From Eledone cirrhosa (lineage: Eukaryota): a stretch of DNA of 64,000 bases. The notes under the pieces are model-generated. The model was not told where the DNA came from and did not search any database. It was given only the letters and a program-made list of their open reading frames with translations. The translations under genes and the position numbers were made by a program. The stretch spans positions 89,838,001 to 89,902,000 of the forward strand of contig OZ024744.1 of assembly GCA_964016885.1 (NCBI GenBank), in the 5' to 3' direction. Of this stretch, positions 51,201 through 62,960 are shown piece by piece (the first letter of the stretch is position 1; each line of letters starts with the position of its first letter).

Positions 51201-52235
51201 TCTTCACTCCACATAAGTGAGTGGTGACTTTAGCCGATGCATAATAGAGATGATTTAAATCAGTAATGTTTAGTTTGTTTGTGATGATAATGTTTTTGAG
51301 AATTATGTTAGTCTTGTGTATTATCTTTTGGTTCTGTTTAGAGTTCCGGATCTTAGGCAGGGTGTCTCGTTCCCCCATGTCAGATTCTTTCATTTTCATC
51401 CATTCGATCATAATTTCATCCTTCAAGTTGGCAAGTTCATTCTCATTCATTTCTTTATCATTTACGATCTCATTGTTTTCATTTGGAGTTTCATCTTGAG
51501 CATGCACTCCCTCCACTTTTTCGATCCTTTCTTTAATTTGTTCTGTTGCTAGTGATTCCGCCCCAACCCTGGGATTCGAAGTGTTACAATTTACCTCGTT
51601 TTCACTGACACATGTTTCATTTTCCCTTCGCTGACTTTGTGCTAATAGCTTGATCTGATCAATTTCTATATCAGTTAGTAACTTTTTTTTAACAATATTT
51701 CTTCGAATATTGGCTAGTTTGTTACTGTCAATATAGCCTCTGTTTTCGGGATGTTTCTTTTTCCAGTTGATATATGTCTGTTCTGTATTCGATGTATTTG
51801 ATGGGTAGTACATGGCAGTGTAGAAAGCCTCAAGGACTTCTTTATTATCTTCCCTTAACCATTTTTCTCTCTTTTTCTTTGGATTTCTTGGTGGTGAGCA
51901 TGGAGGTCCAACAGTAGGAGTATTCCGGTTATGGGAGGTCTCCAGCTCCGAAGTGATGGGAAGGTTGGAACCATTAGCTGATTTTTCGACCCCAGTCTGG
52001 TTCTCTGAGGGACGCGGCCCTTTTTGACCCGGGTGACGGCCGATCCGGTATGAGATTTTATCATTAGACATTTACTTTATTTTGTCGCGTTTTATCCTTA
52101 TCCGCCAAGGGGTAATCATTTCGTGTTACCATTTCTAGGACGAGTGTTAACCAAGACTAGAGGGGTCGTCCTCCCCTAGAGACACGGCTATTCCCCGCCG
52201 GCCGCCATCCCGGTATTTCTTGGTCACGGGGTTTC
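48278..52235 (-). mobile_element. Near-intact R4/Dong-like LINE ending in (TAA)n
   Basis: 1038-aa ORF with RT, a frameshift at the CCHC knuckle (~48965), a stop near 48830, then NRPDII..LIDMSVP RLE. (TAT)n at 48228-48277. Confidence 0.92.
48955..52071 (-). CDS. R4/Dong-like ORF (N-terminal region + RT), cut short by a frameshift before the RLE
   Basis: WKSPGKD, NYRPITC, WIDYKKAFDS, GIFQGDSLSP, FYMDDLKLF, YKYLG, CRVC. Confidence 0.85.
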   Translation of the reverse strand: MSNDKISYRIGRHPGQKGPRPSENQTGVEKSANGSNLPITSELETSHNRNTPTVGPPCSPPRNPKKKREKWLREDNKEVLEAFYTAMYYPSNTSNTEQTYINWKKKHPENRGYIDSNKLANIRRNIVKKKLLTDIEIDQIKLLAQSQRRENETCVSENEVNCNTSNPRVGAESLATEQIKERIEKVEGVHAQDETPNENNEIVNDKEMNENELANLKDEIMIEWMKMKESDMGERDTLPKIRNSKQNQKIIHKTNIILKNIIITNKLNITDLNHLYYASAKVTTHLCGVKMKKQRNSHKKSTWQENINRQINLLRSDIEILTNYKVGEHVKQTKLRKLKRKYSIKSTSDIDMLIEIIKQKVSAKAARIRRFEKQSRFYKDNNMFKNNQRNFYRKIGKSTITAKSMPPKEEVQAFWEKIWAEEKVHNIHAPWIDRQMKDTAHLEEQIWENITVEQLRLALRKTIKWKSPGKDKIQNFWINAFTESHELLAQLYNEIVKEPEKIPSWLVNGITFLLPKNDETNNPQNYRPITCLTTMYKILTSVLTEYTYDHLITNYLFPIEQKGCKRGSYGCKDQLLVNKMILEDCHNRHKNLSIAWIDYKKAFDSLPHSWIEQCLEIFKISPVVSRFLSFNMKTWKTTLLLNSETKSLEAGEVNINCGIFQGDSLSPLLFCTALIPLSKMLNETKHGYKVYDKTINHLFYMDDLKLFAKNDEQLQGLLSTVKQFSDDIKMEFGLDKCAKATFTRGKLLKSSDINLDRGNVIRELDQEKTYKYLGVCEGDGIKHSTMRERIRKECYRRVRAILRTELNARNRIDAINTLAIPVVTYSYNVINWSSTEIRRLDTKIRKFLTMHRMHHPKEDTDRIYLPRKEGGGGLIQLDIALKTATIGLSTYLRESHDWMIKLVLKHESIKRSYSITKDAQRYTNGLQISEVPFTAEMENTEKAKQVKVTAKKELLQKLTKKWQEKPLYGKYPERANNPDVDKTLTHQWLASSGLKSETEGLIISAQDQCLPTKNYQANIIKNGCSPLCRVCKKTTRNH

Positions 52236-52239
52236 TTTT

Positions 52240-53205
52240 TTGTTGTTTTTAAATTGTTATTATCATGAGTGGTTCCTTAATGTGAGCATTGCGTGGCTTA
52301 AGAATGAAATTATTAATAATATAATATACTTTTTGCTGAAGTTGCCTGTTATTGTTGTTGGCTATGTCGGTGGTGGTGCTGGGGCTTTTTCTATTGTTGG
52401 TGCGGAAGGGGGGGGGGCAGCAGTGCCATAGTCGTTGACGTTTGGCCGGTGGCCGGGTCACTAAGTCAATCTATTTATATCTTTTGCTAGCCTCCCCCTT
52501 GTCTAGTGATACCGCCACCTTCCCCTTTCTTAAGTTAACAGAAGGTAATGGGGGAATAGTGGTGGTATCAATGAAGGGGTGGTGGCGGCGGTGATGGGAT
52601 AGTGGTGGCAATGATGGATGGAGTGGTGGCGGCGGTGACTATAGTGATGGCGTTGTCGTTACTGAGTGTTGTTGAATAGACTGTAGTTTTGTATGATCTG
52701 TGTATCTATGCGTTTGTCGCGTACGTTTAATATATGTGTTGACAAATTTCCTTAATATTGGAATTAAACATTTTGTTAAAACTTGAGACAATAATAATAG
52801 TAATTATTATTATTATGCTGAGATTGGTGGTGGTGGTGGTGAAATTACCGTTATCTGGCTGTTGTATTTAGTGTACACAGAGGGGTGATGGGGTAGGTGG
52901 TGTATCTAGTTTCTGGTGTTGGTGATATTGCTGTTATTTGGATGTTCTATATAGTGTAGATAGAGGGTTTTTTCTTCCATTTATAACCATTTTCTTTTTT
53001 GAATATAAAATGTATAATACAAAATTGAATATTTGAGCGATATAACAATATATTATGGATCCGAATTTTTCTGAGACTTGAGTCGGGTGCTTTATGTATC
53101 ATTTGTACTAAGAATTGTTATTTCACAATTGATTTAAATATGTTAAAAATCAAAAACTTACGGGAGCGATTTCATGACCTTCTATCCACCACGTGCGTCT
53201 TCTTC
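52240..53205 (-). mobile_element. Probable 5' end (UTR + decayed low-complexity ORF1) of another LINE, head-to-head with Tx1 copy D
   Basis: Minus strand begins gacgcacgtg...cgctcccgtaagtttt, similar to the 5' ends of Tx1 copies C and D; abuts (TTC)/(TTA)n. Confidence 0.45.
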
Positions 53206-53248
53206 CCTTATTCTTCTTCTTCTTATTATTATTATTATTATTATTATT

Positions 53249-56200
53249 GGTCTAAGCGGACGTATTTTGCTCGCTCCCAGTAAGTCGCTTTATTTGCCTG
53301 TTAAAATTATTTGTTGATAAATATTTCTTTTTGTGTAAGGGATATAAGCCCTTAGACTTTGTCCCGTGAAGGGGAAAGTATAATATTTGGGCCTTTTGGC
53401 CCAAATATTTGAACTTTTTTTACATGTTAAAAAAATTTACGGAGAAAAAAAAACATGGCTGAGCCACGCCCCCCCCCCAGCGATATGTCTGCTGTCGTGC
53501 GACAACGACGTAGAAGTTGAGAGGAGCGCTACAGCGAAATTAAGACGCATTGATAACACAAACACCACCGCAAGCAATGTAAACAAAGACACCAATGATA
53601 CCAATGAGAACTCTAATTTTGAAAAAAATGACAGTAACAGCGACAACGAAAATACAGATAACAAAAAAAAAATGACAAATGCAACAATATCAACACCACT
53701 AACATGAAAACAAATAGCGACAACACCAACACCAACAATACCAACTGCACCGAGAACAACAGTGGCAACAAAGACAACAATGATAACAGCGACAGTGATA
53801 CCAACAACACCAACAAGAACAACGACAACGACAACAAACCCCCAACGAAAACAAGAACACTTTCGCTGCGGCAGCAGCAAAAAAGAGGTCATGCTTCAAC
53901 ATGGACCTCTCAAACAAAGATGAAAAGTTGGCCCAGGCATGGAAGCTCATAAAGCAAGAGCAAACCTGGGCCAACTTAACTGTCCCGGTAGAAGCTATTG
54001 AGGTAGTGGAGCGCAGAACGGTGCATTATAGATGCATCTCAGCACAAACCAAAAGAGCAGCTTTAATCCCACAAGAAGATGTCGAAGTGGCGCTGAGGTG
54101 CATCAGAGAAGACACCGAATACATAGAGAGGGGCAGACAGTACGGCACCATTTCGGTGTTGTTCAAGTCAGAAGCCCTTGCTATGAAACACGCTATGACT
54201 CCTTGCAAAACCAGCAAGGTCATAATGCACCCCTCCCACATGGGAAAAAGAACGGCCCGTCTCCGCATTCCCAGAATCCCACCAGGACTTGACATGTGGT
54301 GGCTTCTGGGATGTGTGATTGTGGAGGGGACGGATACCGTCCCTATAGAAGTGACCAGAACGGCCAGAGAGGACTGGTCCGGAGTTGACCTGGAGATCCT
54401 TCCCCAGATCAGGCCCGAGAATGTGAAGACAATCTCGGACCACATCCGTCTTCAGAATGGGACGGTCATTCACATTATGACAGAAGGCAAAAGGCCGCAG
54501 TGTTTTGTTTGTGGGGAAAAAACCCATTTGCGAGCCTTCTGCCCTCAACTTCTGAAAGAAAAAAGGGGTCGAAAGGCTCCACTGCTGCCGACGCCGGGGC
54601 GAGGACCACAACCAACACCAGCACCGGCAAAACCACCAACAACAACACCAATAGAAAGACCACCACCAACATTGACCACCCAGGGGGGAAACGAGGAAAG
54701 CTGTCAACCCCCCCCCCCCCCCCCCCAAAAAAAAAATACACACACCAATAAAACCATAAACATACATACAGACACATTTACAGACACAGACCCCTCATCT
54801 ACCAGTAGTGAAGATGAGGGAAAACCAAAATCCCCCAAAATACAAAAAAGGAAACACAAAAAGAAAAAAGAATTCAACAAAGCACAAAATCACCCACAAT
54901 AAAAAACGCAGACACCACCCACGCAAACATCTCTCCAATAACACCAACATCAACACCACCATCACCATCACCAGAATCCCCCAAACGCAAACAACCTAAA
55001 CAGACGCAAGAACAAATATACACACAAACATCTGAAGCCACATACACCGCACTCACAACAAACACAGACACAACCGAAACAACACCACCAAAACCATCAC
55101 CACCACAGCCACGCAAACAAATAAAATCACACCAACAAAACATACAAAACTTCGTGCTCGTCAGGAGGGCCAACAAGAAACTGATGGCCCTCGTAGCACG
55201 AAGTGAAAATATACAAAAAGAGGGGGAAATTTTTAAATCGAGCACATTTCGCGTGCCGGAAGATTTGGTTCTGGTGCGAATGTCGATCGATTTATTTAAA
55301 GAAATACGAGACAGCTTTCCTCGGGACGTGGGAACCCCGAACGTAAAACCCACTTCAAGACTTTTAAAGGGGTTCCCAAAAGAAACCCCACCAACTATGG
55401 AGGTCGGACAACCCGAGCTTCACAAGAGCCTGGAAGGTAAGTAAACCTTCCTCTCTCTCTTTTTAACCTGCCAACATGGCCGTATTAAGAGTAGGCTGTT
55501 TAAATGTTCGAGGCCTGGGATCGTCCTGGAAGCAGGGTCACCTGCTCAACGACCTCGGGTCTATAGAAATGGAGGTAATTGCCGTCAGCGAGACCAGGAT
55601 TTCCGACACGCGCGCACTAGCCCCCATTTTCGACGACTATCAGATCTTTGCATCTGTTAGCCGGCCGGGAATGGGAGGCGGGGTGGCAGTGCTGTTTAGG
55701 AAAGGCCTGGATCTCGAGGTAAGGTCGATCTTCCGGGACCCGGATGGGAAATTTAGTGGTCCTGGATGTGAACAATAACGAAGGTGGTGCCTTTAGACTG
55801 GTGGCCGTCTATGCTCCTACTGGGGCAGGACGGCCGGACTTCTTTAGACGCCTGGAAGCCTTTCTGGGTACGTCTCGCTCTTTACTGTTAGCGGGGGGCT
55901 GGAACGGCATCTTAGTCGCACGCTGGGACTGTGTGGGAGTATCCGATAGGAGCGGGGGTTGCAAAAGCCTCAAGAACCTGATCAGCCAGTTCCAACTGTT
56001 TGACAGGTACCGACATGATTTCCCTAATGTGCCAGTGTGGACCTGGGCTAACCACATAGGGTCCTCTAGATCGTATATAGACAGGATATTCATTAGGAAA
56101 ATAGACAGAAATAGTGTAAGCTGTCCACGTTTTGAAACGGTCGCCTATTCAGATCACAAGTTTGTGATCTGTATGGTCGACCTAGATAAGACGCGTAGGT

Positions 56201-59146
56201 TAGGACCTGGTTACTGGAAGCTAAACATGTCATTTCCGGCACGTAAGGCTTACAGGGACCAGGTCAACAATTTAGTTAAGAAAAAGTTGACAGGGGGAGT
56301 CGTCAACGATAGCTGGGGGGGGGGGGGGGGGGGGGGCTCTCAAAAGAGAGATTAGAGTAATGTTGATAGAGTTTAGCAAAGAAGTAGCGTTAGAGAAAAA
56401 TAGAAAGGAGGGGGATTGGTAGATAAGTTAGACGAGGCTATTGGTAGTGGCATTGCAACTGACGTGCTAGCGGCGAGAATGGTATTAGACCATTTCTTCA
56501 ATGCGAAACACGAAGGTTGCATTGTCAGAGCTAAGGCGCGTGCTCTGTGAAACGAGGGAACCAAAGCTGTTCGATGGGCCCGCGTGGCAGCGGCCCAGCG
56601 TGGTAATAAAACCACGATTCGGTCTTTGGCGGACCGAGACGGACACGAGCTGAGCGATTCCAAGAGGATGTGTGAGGCCTTTCGCCAACATTTTGTTCGG
56701 TTGTTCGGGGGAAGTGGCGGGTCAGAGATGGTGGCGGTCTTCAGTCCCTACCTCGATGGCTTGCCGCAACTCTCGACGGCTGACGCTGGGCGCTGCGAAA
56801 GGCCAATTACTTCAGCCGAGATTCAGGATGCCCTTGTCGGCTGCATGAGGCGCAAGTCACCCGGTTTGGATGGTCTGCCCTACGAGCTTTACGTAAATAT
56901 TCCAGACTTGTTCTCCAATCTCCTCGAAGCCCTCTACTGCAACTGGCAGCAAAACGGGAGTATTCCCAGTTCTGTGAGCCGGCGCGTAGTGACGCTGATA
57001 AGGAAAGACGAGAACAAAAGGGACACATTAGACAATTTCAGGCCCATAACTCTGCTCAACACAGAGTTTAAGATTTTGGTCAGGGTGTTAGCGAAGAGGT
57101 TGGCGCTTGTCGTCGGGGATTTGGTTGGGGAGGCGCAAACTTTCGCAATCCCAACCAGGTCCATACACGACAACCTCCACCTAATGCGATACATCATAGA
57201 GCGGGTAGGGTGTAAACCTGGCTTCGGTGGGGCTCTGAACAAATTAGATCAATCGAAAGCATTCGATAGGGTCGATCATCGGTACCTGGAGGCTGTACTC
57301 AAGGCGGTTGGCTTCGGCCCCGACTTCAGAAGCTGGATCGCTGCAATGCACAGCGGCACCTGCTCGATGGTCAAAATTAATGGCCACCTCTCGGAACCGT
57401 TTCATGTCTCCCGATCGGTCCATCAAGGGTGCCCTCTCTCCTCCCTTCTGTACGTATTGGCTCTCGAGCCTTTACTGCGGGGCTGGAGCTGTTGCAGGGC
57501 ATCCCACTCGAACCGGGACGCGGAAAGGCTGTGTCGGCTTATGCGGAGGACATCACCGTGATGGTGTCGGACAATGAAAGGTTGACGGGAGCAAAACTTA
57601 ACCCGGAAAAGTCGGTGGGCTTGCAACTCTGCACCTGGAGAGGCAAGTCCATGCCGTCCAACAGCGTCGTTAGGCGCTGGACGGACGGACCGGTAAAGTT
57701 GCTAGGGGTTTGGTTCGGGCCAGACCTCCAGGTGGATAAGAATTGGGACGAGGTGACGGGCAGGGTAGCCAGTCCCACCCAGAAATGGGCTGGGATGAAG
57801 CTATCACTGAAAGGTCGGGCGGAGGTGGCGAACGCGTACATCGCGTCCGTCATCTACTACCGTCTGACCGTCGTCCCTTGCCCCCGTTCGCGCTTCACCA
57901 TCTTGGAGCGGCTCCTCTTCAAATTCTTATGGAGGGGTCAGGTTCCGCTGGTGAGGCGGTCCATCTGCTGCCAGCACCCTCTACGTGGAGGGCTGGGCAT
58001 GCCGTGGCTAATGATGTGCAGGCACGCGCTGAGGCTGCGGCATCTCCAGATATTCTGCCTAAACGGTGAACAGGTGTGGTCGCCGTTTGTCAGACGGGCC
58101 TTTTCGCAGCTCGTTTCTTTGACTGAGCTCCAGTCCTGGGTCAAGAAGAGACCGAGACTGGGTGACTGGCATCTGGAATGTTGCCAGGCACTCACTACCC
58201 TCTACCAGGCGGGCAATGCGGTCAGTGGAACTTCCACTCTCGAGTTCTATAGAGGATTAGTGGTGGGCAAGTGCGACGACGCACTCGGAGAGGCTCTGGA
58301 AGTCAACGAAGACGAACTAACCAGTCTGTACCGAAGGACTTTCGAGCCGTGGACGATGGATAATTTCCAAAAATCCCTCCCTTGGCAGTGCTATAGGGAG
58401 GGGGGGAACTGCCGGTTCGAGATAAACTCTACAGGTACGGAAGTGCTGTCAGACGGACCTGCCCGAGATGTGCGCAGAGCGACGAAACCGTTCTGCACGC
58501 ACTCGTCCAGTGTCCGTGTATTTCTGACTTGTAGAGTTATGTTGAACAGCTGTTGTCGCGTGTAGAACGGATCCGGCTATCGGCCAAGTCCATAGTGAAG
58601 ATCGACCCGCCGCCTTCTTTACGCCAGAAAGGGCAGGCAATTTTCCTCTGTCTGGTGGCAGTAGCGAAAGAGGTTGTATGGTGGACGAGGTTGAAAGGAC
58701 TGAAGACAGACACCTTTCTCTTTGGCCAATCCCTCATCAACTTTTTCAAGTTTCACTTGGAAAGGAAGGTGGGGGTGGAGAGAGAAGTGCTACCCCCCAG
58801 TACATTTGCTAAAAGGTGGGTGAATGTGGCGAGAATGGCCCGTGTGAGTGGGCCTACTCTGGTCATGCGGCTGTAGGTAGGTAAATTTGAAGAGGAGAGG
58901 GGTGCCCTTCCAGAGTGCTCTCGAAGCGTCGGGTCGTTCAGGATTGGTGGGGTACCTGGGCGAACTCTGGGTGGTCATCCCCTCTATTGGGGAATTTTTC
59001 CTTGTAATTTTTCCTTGTAATTTTGATACTTTATTGTTACTTTGTTATTGTTATTCATATTGTTTACTCGATTTTTCTGTAAACCCCACTGTCCCAGTCT
59101 TTTGTATTGCCCCTTATATGTCGGTCCTTGTGGCCAATAAATGAAA
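53249..59146 (+). mobile_element. Full-length L1/Tx1-like LINE copy D (diverged subfamily) in (TTA)n
   Basis: 5'UTR; ORF1 ~53456-55444 with CFVCGEKTHLRAFC; ORF2 55476-58876 with EN/RT motifs and several lesions; AATAAA; (TTA)n on both sides. Confidence 0.92.
53901..54902 (+). pseudogene. Tx1-like ORF1 core with CCHC zinc knuckle
   Basis: EGKRPQCFVCGEKTHLRAFCP..LLPTPG, homologous to copies A and C. Confidence 0.82.
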
Positions 59147-59159
59147 TCATTATTATTAA

Positions 59160-59346
59160 GGGCGGTGGATTGGCAGTATCGGTGGAGGGTCGGACGCCAT
59201 GCTTTCCAGCATAGTTACGTCCCTTTACGATCTGAGTTCAAATCCCGCCGAGGTTGACTTTGCCTTTCATCCTTGCGGGGTCGATAAAATAAAGTACCAG
59301 TAATGCACTGGGTAATTGCTGGCCTTGTGCCTAAAGTAGAAACAAT
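59160..59346 (+). mobile_element. tRNA-derived SINE, full length
   Basis: gggcggtggattggcagtatcgg...gagttcaaatcccgccgagg...gtagaaacaa then (TTA)n. Confidence 0.88.
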
Positions 59347-59399
59347 TATTATTATTATTATTGTTACTATTATTATTACTTTTTTTTTTTCGAATTCAA

Positions 59400-61274
59400 T
59401 GATGTTCCAAAACAATATAAAAGAGATAATTGGAAATAAGAGTTCTGGAACAAAAGAGATAATTGGCAATAGGGTCAGAGGTCCCAGCTTATCACAGCCT
59501 GGGCCCGCTCGTGATCGTGCCACTGTAATAGAGCCAAACAAGGCATTTAGTCTTGGCTGCTGGAACGTACGGACGCTGCTTGACAGGGATTCCTTGGAAC
59601 GTCCTGAACGAAGGACCGCTCTTGTTGCAAAGGAGCTTCGACGTTACGATCTTGACATCGTGGCTTTATCTGAGACGAGGTTAGCTGGAGATGGTCATCT
59701 TACAGAATTTTGTGGAGAATATACATTCTTCTGGAAAGGAAGAGATGAAGGAACCAGAAGAGAGGCTGGGATAGCATTTACTGTTAAGACTGTTCTTGTG
59801 GATAAATTATAGGAATTCCCAGTGGGGATTAGTGAGCGTCTTTTGTCCATGAGAATTCCGCTGGACAAAGGAAGATATGTGACCCTGGTCAGTGTGTATG
59901 CTCAAACTATGAATTCTGTCGATGAAGAAAAAGTGTCCTTTCACCATACCTTGAAAGGTGTTTTAAGAAATATCCCTCAGGCAGACAAAGTCATCGTGCT
60001 TGGTGACTTTAATGCTAGAGTGGGTAGGGATTTTAACATATAGAATGGAATGTAATCGGAAGGCATGGGGTTGGAAAGTGTAACCACAATGGTATGCTCC
60101 TGCTGCAGATGTGTGTTACCAACACCATGTTCCAACAAAAGAACAAATTTAAAACTATATGGATGCATCCTGCATCTAAGGAATGGCATCTTTTGGACTA
60201 CGCCCTTGTCAGGATGCGTGACAGACAGCATGTGCAGTGTGTTCGTGCACTTCGTGGAGCTGAGTGCTGGACGGACCACCGCCGTGTACGCGCAAAAGTG
60301 AAACTAATCACTAAACGTAAAATCCGGGCTCCTGGTGTTACCCTACCCAGAAGATTGAATGCTGCTCGTCTTAGGGATAAAAATGTGAAGAGGACATTGC
60401 AAGAAGAGATGCAGGTTGCAGATCTTGGTGAGGACTGGCCGACCCTTAAAAAGTTGGTTTATGATGTATGTAGGCAGGCGTGTTCTGGGATTGGTGCAGA
60501 GAAAACATCAAGACTGGTTTAATAAGAATGATGAACATATAGAAGACTTGTTGGCTGATAAGAAGCGTGCTCTGTCACGCTACTTGACAGCAAAACCACA
60601 GGAGAAGAATATGTTTCATAAAGAACTCAAGGATGTGAAATCACGTGTTAGGCGGAGTCTTTCTCAGATGAAGGATCAGTGGTGGAGTGAGAAGGCTGAT
60701 GAGATACAAACTGCGTCAGATTCCAATAACACAATGCTGTTGTACAGTCTCTTGCGTGACGTTTATGGACAGTCATCTGGTGACACCGCTTCGCAGCAAG
60801 GATGGCAAAGAACTTCTTCGTGACTCACAAGGAATTCTACGAAGATGGCGAGGGCACTTTCATGAACTTTTGAATCAGCCGTCTGTCGTCAACGAAGATT
60901 TCCTCAATCTCATTCCAGAAAATCCTGTGAAAGTAGCTCTCGCAGAACCACCGTCACTTGTGGAGGTTGCAGTAGCTATCTCGAAGCTGAACAGTGGAAG
61001 GTCTCCAGGTAAGGATGGCATACATGCAGAGCTCCTACAATATGGTGGTGAGAGACTTCTGCAACATCTTCACTCTTTGTTTGGCAGGATATGGGCTAAT
61101 GAATCCGTACCTGAGGACTGGAGAGATGCAGTAATAGTGGTCTTGTACAAGGGAAAGGGTAACAGGAATGATTGTGGGAACTACAGAGGTATATCATTGC
61201 TTTCTGTCGTAGGGAAAGTTTTATGTAGGGTGCTTCTGAACCGTCTGCTGACACACATTGCAGATTGTGTTCTA
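59400..61274 (+). mobile_element. 5' half of a BovB-like RTE LINE (AP endonuclease to RT start)
   Basis: GCWNVRTLLD..RRTALVAKEL..ALSETR, GDFNARVG, LLDYAL..TDHR, SPGKDGI, NYRGISLLS. Ends abruptly at IADCVL then (TA)n. Confidence 0.9.
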
Positions 61275-61759
61275 TATATATTTATATATATATATACATT
61301 AACAGAGAAAGCTTTAATTTAATACATTAACAGAGAAAGCTTTAAGCAATACTCCGACCGGCTTCCGTCTCACTCAACAAACATTAGGATATACCTTAGT
61401 ATAATCCCAATTATACGTTTGGGGTGCTAACTATACGTATTTTGCGGATAGCCAGTTGTATTATTTTATATGAGACATAATTAAAATACATCTCACTTTC
61501 CAAACGATCGTTTCATTATAAGTTTTCTACAAATTGGGAAAATAATGTCCAGGTTATGTAGAAGCCTACACATAGTCCGTAGGAATATATGTAGGTGGGC
61601 ACTTATAAATCATCAGTGGATGCCCGGCAAATATCGATATAAAAAACAAAACAAAAAAAACCTTAACATATATATATATTTAAGGAACGATCGACTTTTG
61701 TCAAATCGGACCGAGGGAACAATGTTTCCGTTGGTCTTTCCAATTGCTAATACTATCTA

Positions 61760-61900
61760 TCGGTCGCAACTCCAGGTAGAAGGAGCAACGAGAAATAAAG
61801 TGTCTTGCTCAAGGACATAACGCATCGCCTGGTCCAGGAATCGAACTCACAACCTTACGATTGCGAATTCAATTCTCTAACCACTCAGCCACACGCCTTC
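61760..61900 (-). mobile_element. Second tRNA-derived SINE family
   Basis: Minus strand A box TGGCTGAGTGG, B box GTTCGATTCC, body tccttgagcaagacacttta. Confidence 0.75.
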
Positions 61901-61987
61901 ACTAATATATATACATATATACATATATATATACATATATACATATATATCGATTTAAAATAATAAATCAACAAAGACGAACTGTAT

Positions 61988-62110
61988 TGGGGATTCCTTT
62001 CTTTGTTTCTGTGCCTTTCCTTTCTTCTATCCTACGCCATTTTGTTTCTGAAACAAAATGGCGTAGGATAGAAGAAAGGAAAGGCACAGAAACAAAGAAA
62101 GGAATCCCCA
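61988..62110. repeat. Perfect palindrome, 61-bp arms, 1-nt centre
   Basis: 61988-62048 is the exact reverse complement of 62050-62110. Confidence 0.9.
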
Positions 62111-62154
62111 GTCACTGAAGAGGTCACAGAGTGTGTGACGAAAGGACTATGACT
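62110..62154 (+). ncRNA. Minimal hammerhead with almost no stem III
   Basis: Stem I agtca/tgact; CTGAAGA; stem II gtcaca/tgtgac; GAAA-ggac-TA. Confidence 0.65.
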
Positions 62155-62377
62155 ATATATAAACAACTATCTGGTTGTGGAACCAACCAACCAACCAGAA
62201 ATTTATAAGTTTGTAGATTTGTAAATTTATAAATTTATAAATATATAATAAATTGAAGTGAAAGCAACTGGTGCGTGTGTTTCTTATTGGCAACATGACC
62301 CTCCCAAAGTATAACAATATCGGTTTCAACACACGATTTCAGATAAAGAATCTTGCTAAACAAATTCAGAAACGACA

Positions 62378-62421
<44 letters not shown>

Positions 62422-62584
62422 ATATAAGATCAAAAGATGGTTAAAGGAGTTCCATGTATTTTATTATGCGCATTTCAAAAACAAACATCATCATGCAATA
62501 ATATTTGTGTTTTCATCAGATAAAACAGGAGAACATGATATGAAGGCTAAAAAACACTTGTGGATAGTGCAGTTTTAAATCAAC

Positions 62585-62644
<60 letters not shown>

Positions 62645-62674
62645 TATAAATATATATATATATATACATATACA

Positions 62675-62749
<75 letters not shown>

Positions 62750-62960
62750 TAGATACATACACATATATTCCACTCTCCGACCTTAATAAAATTAATGAAA
62801 TTTTAGACAATTCAAGGGAAATAACTCACGTTCTAACTATGCGTTATCTTATCTTCTTTTAATTTAAGACAATTGCAGGTTATAATATATATGTATATAT
62901 GGATTGTGTAGAGACATGCATAAACGAAATATTACTCATACATACGCCCACACCCTCACA

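Noticed and set aside
30474-58749. Antisense and alternative-frame ORFs repeated among Tx1 copies
   Set aside because: Expected shadows of GC-rich homologous ORF2 sequence; no independent motifs.
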